A DNA stretch of 64,000 nucleotides from the human T2T-CHM13v2.0 reference genome, Homo sapiens, in assembly GCF_009914755.1 (NCBI RefSeq), contig NC_060940.1; one strand, written 5' to 3'. A program made the position numbers and the translations under genes. Positions 57,051-64,000 of this stretch are shown here, piece after piece (position 1 is the stretch's first letter; every line of letters starts with the position of its first letter). The notes below the pieces were generated by a model that made no database searches, was not told the origin of the DNA, and was given only the letters and a program-made list of their open reading frames with translations.

Positions 57051-58964
57051 AAGAATGAGAAGTGAAGTGGGTGAATAAGGATGGGGGAGAGGTAGGATTT
57101 TTGCAGAGGGACTAGTTGGTGCAAAGACAGGCAAGAGAAACAAACAGAAAGGGAGTACTTGGAAATGGGCAGATGACACAACAATGGGATGCTTTTCTCC
57201 AGAAAATAAAATGGAAACCTGAATTTGACCCCTGTATAGACCCTACCATCATCTACCAAAATGGCACCACTGACATGGTATAGAATCATCCAACAGCTTA
57301 CTGTTTATTCTGGAAGAAATGAGCATGACTTCTAGTCTCCCCTGGGAAAGAATTTTCATAAGTGCAGCCCTGTTTCATCAAATTATGATAGCCGATTTAT
57401 ATAGAGAAGGAAGACTACTACGTAACCCAAGGAGTAGATGTTGATTGTAACTGATGTTTGAATATTATTTGAAGCATGCAGAATGTAATTATTCTCCATG
57501 TAGATGGTAAATAATTTGAAATATTAGGCAGTGAGTGCATTTCCAAACTGCAGAGCAACTGCCAGTGATGCACATTACTACTTCCATAAAACTCCCATAA
57601 ACAACAATTAAGGACATCAATATTTGCTTCCAAAGTAATCTGCTTAATATTAATGTGAATGATGTGATAAATAGCCCCAAAGGAGTGTTTTGAAGCAGTG
57701 TCTCATCACCTTGGATGAGGAGATGGCTTGACATCATCGTAGACCATTTGGTTTCTGTGTTTAAGGAGATGAGATATTTTCTTTGAAATTTGTTTTCTTC
57801 CCATTGCAATGTAACAGAACCGCTTCCTTAAAAATATATGGATTGATGAGTGGCTGGAGGGATGGATAGAAGGATAGATGAGTGTGAGACAAAATACACC
57901 CAAGTAGTAATTGTAGAATCTAGATGGTTAGTATGTATGTGTTCACCACACATTTCTTTAAAATTTTCTGTATCTGGAGAAGTTTCCATAATGAAATGTT
58001 GGGGGAACAAAACAGTGAGACATGAAATGGCTCATGATCTGTTTTTGGGATCCCAAATCCTCGTTATACATCTTGACTCATCTCTCCTCCCAATCTCCAC
58101 GTCTAAGCAGTCATCGAGTCCTGTGGATTCTACATTGCATTAAACCTTCAGACACCACCCTCTCCTTGCTTGTTCCCATCGCTCCTGCCTTCAGCAATTC
58201 TTGCATGGTTTATAGCCACACCCTCTCTGCTGGTCTTTGCCTGATCTCACTCTGATAGATCCTTACATTGTTGTCAAAGTAATGATTAATTCCAGAAACA
58301 TTTTTCGAGTATCTGCTATATGCAAGACACTGTGCCTGGTGCTGAAGTTTTTTTTTTTTTTGACCTTAGGGACACAAAACTGGACTGCTTATGAGTCTTG
58401 GTTTATGACATACTCCCATCGTTCCATGCAGGACTTGCTTTTGTCTAGTTAATTATATTTAATAGTTATAGTTCATTATTTTTAATAATGTGATAAGCGC
58501 CTGTGAGCCCATGCTCCAAACGAAAGCTAGAATATTGACAATAATGTGCTTCTAACCACATAGTTTTGTATCATCAGTCTTGGTTCGTCATTTACTTGTT
58601 TTCCTTTTGATATCTGTATTGCTTCTCGTATAGTCTTGAACGTGTATATTTTTATGTTGCTTGCTTTTTAATTTTATGGTGTATCATGCTGTATATTATC
58701 CTTTGGAATTTTCTTTTCTTTTTTTTCCTCACTTACTAAGATTTATCTATAACGTTGTGTGTTGCTGTGGTACATTTGTTTTGACTGCTGTTTATCCATT
58801 TAAGTTTCTTTCTGTCTGTTTCACTTTTTAAATTTTTCATCCTTGTTTTCTTCTCAAAAATAGATGCCTGTATTTCCCTCTAATAAAATACGAGCTTAGC
58901 ATGCTCTCCCATCCCTTTTTTCTCTTCCTTCTTTACTACGACTTCTTTTAGGTTGATATTATCT

Positions 58965-59118
58965 ATTCTCAAACTTTAATGTGCATTCAAATCTCCTGGG
59001 GATCATATTAAATGCAGAGTCTTTTTCAGCAGGTTGTGAATGGGGTTTAAGTTCCTGTATTTTTACAAGGTCAGATGAGGCTGAGGCTACTGATTCAAGG
59101 AACCACACTTTGAGTAGG
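58965..59118. mobile_element. MER5-like element
   Basis: TTCTCAAACTTTAATGTGCAT..CCTGGGGATC..AACCACACTTTGAGTAG. Confidence 0.7.
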
Positions 59119-59329
59119 GTTTTGCGACTTTTAATCCTGTGCTTTTATAGATATAATTTCCCTTTTTATGATCTTTTAAAAATTTGGTCTTAGCTACTCT
59201 TTAAAGACAGCGTCAAACTTTACCAAGGCATTTGATTATATGCATCTGTACATCTGGTACCATCTCCACTGTATGTCTCTCCTCTTATTCGTGTAATTTA
59301 TTCAAAAGTAGTTTTAATTTGGGGCTTTC

Positions 59330-60170
59330 TATGGCAAATCTTTGAGGTCTCGTACATCTGAAAATATTTTTATTGTACTTTCATATTTGAATGACAACTT
59401 AATTGGATATAATATGTTAAGTTCTATTTTTCTCATTTGATTATTTGAAAATATTACTTCATGTATTCTTGCATCTAGCATTGCTGATGAAAAATTCTGA
59501 CATCAAGATAATTTCTTTCTTTTTAAAAATTCGATGTGCTCTTTCTCCATGGGTGCTTTTAGAAGTTCCTGTGTTTTTAATAGTTTCTGAATTTTCACTA
59601 CAATGTGTCTAAATATGTTTTTTTTTTAATTTCTCTTTTGGAACTTTTTTAAAATCTGAGAAATTTGTACTCATTATTTCTTAAAATATTTACTCCTACT
59701 TTTATTTCTCTTTCTGGGAGTCTTATTATTTTGACGTTAGTGTTTCTCTTCTATACTCCATATAATTTACCTTTAATTTTTTTTCTATTTTTTTAGTCAT
59801 GACTTCTTCCTCTGGAAGACTTCCTGAATCTTGTCTTCCAGTTGATTAATTCATTCTTTAGCTGTATCCATTTTGTGTCCATTATCCATTCATTGTATTT
59901 TTTATTTCAACCATTATATTTTTCATGCCTGATATTTTAAATTGGTTCTTTTAAATATTTTCTTATTCCTACTTTATGCTGTTAATATCTTTCCTTCTTT
60001 CTTTAACATGTTTAATAGAAGGCTAATTAAAAAAACTTAAGTCCATCTGTTCTAATGTTTTTGCTTCTGTTGGAATCTGTAACCCAATGTGTTGTTTTTC
60101 TTTCAAAATGATTGTACTCCTCAAATATCTTGTTATTATGGTTTGTGAGCTCACTTTACCCTGGAGGTAT
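59330..60170 (-). mobile_element. Ancient L1M fragment
   Basis: T-rich antisense L1 signatures (CATCTGAAAATATTTTTATT, TTGCTGATGAAAAATTCTGA, AATTTTCACTACAATGTGTCTA). Confidence 0.65.
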
Positions 60171-60687
60171 TGGGTACTTTGATGGGCAATGTGGATGCGC
60201 AAAGGCCAGAGCCCCAAGTCAGCCCCAGTGAGTTCAGGGGCTAGGGGGTAGGTGAGTCCTAGGATGGGGAACCCCAGATACCAGAAACCTACAGTCGATC
60301 ACTCACAGACCCAGAACTTTTACCCAGCCCTGATTTTATCTCTGGCAGCATTTGGAGCAGAGTTCTCAGTTGGGACATAGGGGCAGGCACTGTTTGCCCC
60401 AGGGCAATGGCAGGGGAGCAGACAGAGCCATACTCCTTCAACCCTTCTAATCCCCCATTCCAGTTTATCCTTTCACAGCCTTACTGGGCAGCTTCTGCCT
60501 CAGATTCAAGCCATCCCCCGCATCCCAGTCCAAATCAGCACCCAGCCACTCCAGTAGTTTACCACAGGTCCTCTGCTTTCCTGGAAATTCCTTCAAGGTT
60601 GATTATGGTGGAGGAAGCCAGCAGTCTAGCCAGCTCAGCATCATGATCAGAGAGCTGGCCATCTCGATTTTTAATCCCCTGGGTCTT

Positions 60688-61062
60688 CGTTACAGGCTGA
60701 ATTGTGTCTTCTTGCCCACAATTCATATGTTGAAGTCCTAACTGCCAGTATCTCACAATGTGACTATATTCGGAGACAGGGTCTTTAACGAGGTAATTAA
60801 GGTCAAATGAGGTCATATGGGTGGACTCTAACCCCATATGACTGGTATCCTTATAAGAAGAGGAGATTAGGACACAGAAATGCACAAAGGGAAAAGACTG
60901 TGTGAAGATAATGGAGAAAAGGTGGCTATCTACAAGTCAAGAAGAGAGACCTCAGAGGAAACCAACCCTGCTGCCATCTTGATCTTGGACTTCTAACCTC
61001 TGGAATTGTGAGAACATACATTTCTGTTATTTAAGCCACCCAGTCTGTGGTACTTTGTTACA
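60688..61062 (+). mobile_element. MLT1B-like LTR
   Basis: GGCTGAATTGTGTC..ATTCATATGTTGAAGTCCTAAC..CCTTATAAGAAGAGGAGATTAGGACACAGA..TTTAAGCCACCCAGTCTGTGGTACTTTGTTA. Confidence 0.88.
60800..60815 (+). promoter_or_regulatory. Perfect DR4 nuclear-receptor motif (TR/LXR/CAR:RXR type)
   Basis: AGGTCA-AATG-AGGTCA; motif match only, function untested. Confidence 0.5.
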
Positions 61063-61257
61063 AAGAAGAGCTCCCCATCAACTTTCAAATTAGACTTATG
61101 GTCGTTGAATGCGATTACTATACGCCAGGCACTACTTTACAAATGGAAACACTGAGGTACAGAGAGGTTAAGAAACTTCCTCTGAGTCATACAGCCAGCT
61201 GGAGATGGAGCCAGTATCACTTCTGCCTCGAGAGCTCACAGCTTAACTGCTGGATTC

Positions 61258-61450
61258 GGCCATCCAATATGGTGGCCAGTAGCCACATGTGGCCATTTAC
61301 ATTTAAATTGATTAACATTAAATAAAATTAAAAATTCAGTTTCTCTGTCACACTAGCCATATGCCAAGTGCACAGCTAGTGATTGCCATAGTGGACAGGA
61401 AAGATTTAGAACACTTCCATCATCTCAGAAGGTTCTGTTGGACAGCACTA
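61258..61450 (-). mobile_element. MER3
   Basis: TCCAATATGGTGGCCAGTAGCCACATGTGGC..AAATTCAGTT..TTGGACAGCAC. Confidence 0.82.
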
Positions 61451-62289
61451 CACTAGAATATATTGCCTCTCAAGTAAATGATTACACTTCTTAGTGCAGA
61501 AAGTCATTCACAAACTGGCCCTGCTTACCTTTTTAATCTCATTTTCTGGCATTCTCCTTTACATTCTCTATCCTCCCATTTTACCCAATTCCCTGAAGTC
61601 CCCCAGCAGGGCATGCATGGTACTTTTGTATGATAGGTCAGGCCAACTCATCATTCAGACTGGGTTCGTGAGACACCATCTCCAGAACATCTCCCTTCAC
61701 TTGCTAGGCTAGACCAGGTTTAGTTTTTTGCAAGATGGCAGCACTCCTTGTTTCTCTCAGCCACAGCATGGTGATGGTTTACTTATGTGTCTATTCCAGG
61801 CATTGTGAGTGGGCAGGTATGATAATTTCTTCATCTGTAAAGCCCTGGTACCTGGAAAGAATAAGATACTTAAAAAGCATTGCATAAATAAACGAGGACA
61901 TTATAGGTAGCTGTCAGTTTCCTTACTCACACGCTCGCTTCTAGCTGTCCTGATTCTGTAAGGTGAAATCTTCCCCATCCCCATCATCTTAGATGAAGAT
62001 GTAAGAAGCCAATTAGGCTATTTGAGAATTTGAACCAAAAGACACAGCTACTCTTGTGAGGTGGTATTGGGTGCTATTGAATGTAACTGTTGATAAGGGT
62101 AGGCTCAAATCTCCCATGTGGTGTTTTTCTCTGGGTGCCATTTAGAATCAGGTTTGGGGTGACCATTTTTTCATTCTGCAAGCCTGCTGAGGCAGGAAAA
62201 GCCAGGCTGCAGAGAGAAGTGTTCAGAATATAATAGGCCCAGAGAGCGAAGCTGAGACAGAGCTTATGTGGCTTGTGGCAGCGGGGAGT

Positions 62290-62888
<599 letters not shown>

Positions 62889-64000
62889 TGATTCTCAGTT
62901 AGAGTCCTCTTTAGCTCAGGCTACTTTGAGGGATTTCTGTTTCTTATCACCAAATGCTATGTGATTAAGATAACCAGTGCTCTTGGTTGTTGGTTTTGGC
63001 TTCTGTTCATAATTCCTACATTGGTACCCATTCTACTTGGCTGTTGGTGTTTTTTTAAAAAATGTAAATACTTGCTTCTTAACATTGGTTTTGGAGTTCT
63101 AGTCCATCTGGGGCTCTTCATATGGGACCTGGCATACATGTAATCCCAGGTTTTTCAGCCCAGGGGCCCCTGGCCTTCCTACCAATTTTCCCTTGTCACT
63201 CCATGGCCAGTGCACTCATCCCCACCTCTTTAAGCTTCCTTTATCTTGGAGCCTCTAGCATCAAGGAAATGAGCAGAGGAGGTGCTGAGTGCCAGAAAGA
63301 AATGAAAGGTACATTCAGTATCTGCTGTGTAAAAATTGAAGCCCCTGTAATGTATAAAATCATCTTCCTTGTGGAGGACTTCACATTAAATTTCAGCTGC
63401 CTTTTACTTTACCCCCAAATATGAGCTCAGTTTGCTGAAGTTCTATGAACAGTCAAATTCTCTCTTATTTACTGATATTGTGTGAATAAAGCTGAATATC
63501 CAGGGGCAAGTTACTCCATGACGTGTCTCTCTCTAGAGGTGGGAAATGGGACACTTTCCTTAGATTAGAGCTGTGTTTAAGTCAGTAATCAGCTCTTGTA
63601 AGTGGTTCTTGAGGTGATCTTCAGAATATCAGGAAAGGATGCTTTTTTCTCCCCAGACAGGAGGGAAATTGGTTCTTGGGGTTTAAAACCTAGGGTTTTT
63701 GAAAGAGCTACTGGGCTTTAATAAGAACCATGGGTGTCCTGATGGGTGCTGCCTGTGTGTTCTCCAGATAGCCTCTGATTCCTTTGGCATCCTCTGATTT
63801 CCTTGGCATGCTTCTGTGGGCCTTGCTTCTCTGTGACTCTTTGAAGGATTCTGGTGGGCTGCTGGAGCCACCCTATATGGGAGTAAGTCTGTACGGCCTG
63901 AGGTGCCTAAAGGGTGCAGGCATAGAAGAGCCCAGTTCTCTTGCCTCCAGTTGGAACAAACTCTGAAGCCTAATGTATGTCCAGAGCTCCCGACGGGATT

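Overview
Primate genomic DNA (AluY and a young L1PA are present, so catarrhine and probably human or ape). It looks like a gene-poor intronic or intergenic segment dominated by interspersed repeats. I find no credible protein-coding exon, RNA gene, CpG island or CRISPR array. The ORFs I could trace in the supplied track are read-throughs of Alu, L1, L2, LTR or microsatellite sequence, or short frames with no recognisable protein. Recognisable by eye are about 25 Alu copies or fragments, about 10 L1 fragments (three with 5'-inversion structure), many MIR and L2 relics, hAT-Charlie MITEs (MER3/5/20/33/58), MaLR solo LTRs (THE1, MST, MLT1), three LTR16-like copies and one LTR10-family solo LTR. 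Subfamily calls come from recalled consensus sequences, and boundaries of old elements are approximate; RepeatMasker/Dfam should confirm them. I cannot identify the locus and cannot support a new biological system here. The best leads are four contiguous p53 half-sites in the LTR10 element, an unexplained ~58-nt hairpin at 263-320, a short insertion apparently templated from a MIR 1.7 kb upstream, a perfect DR4 nuclear-receptor element in MLT1B, a six-element nested transposon stack with a tightly spaced inverted Alu pair, and a few unique stretches with enhancer-like motif content.
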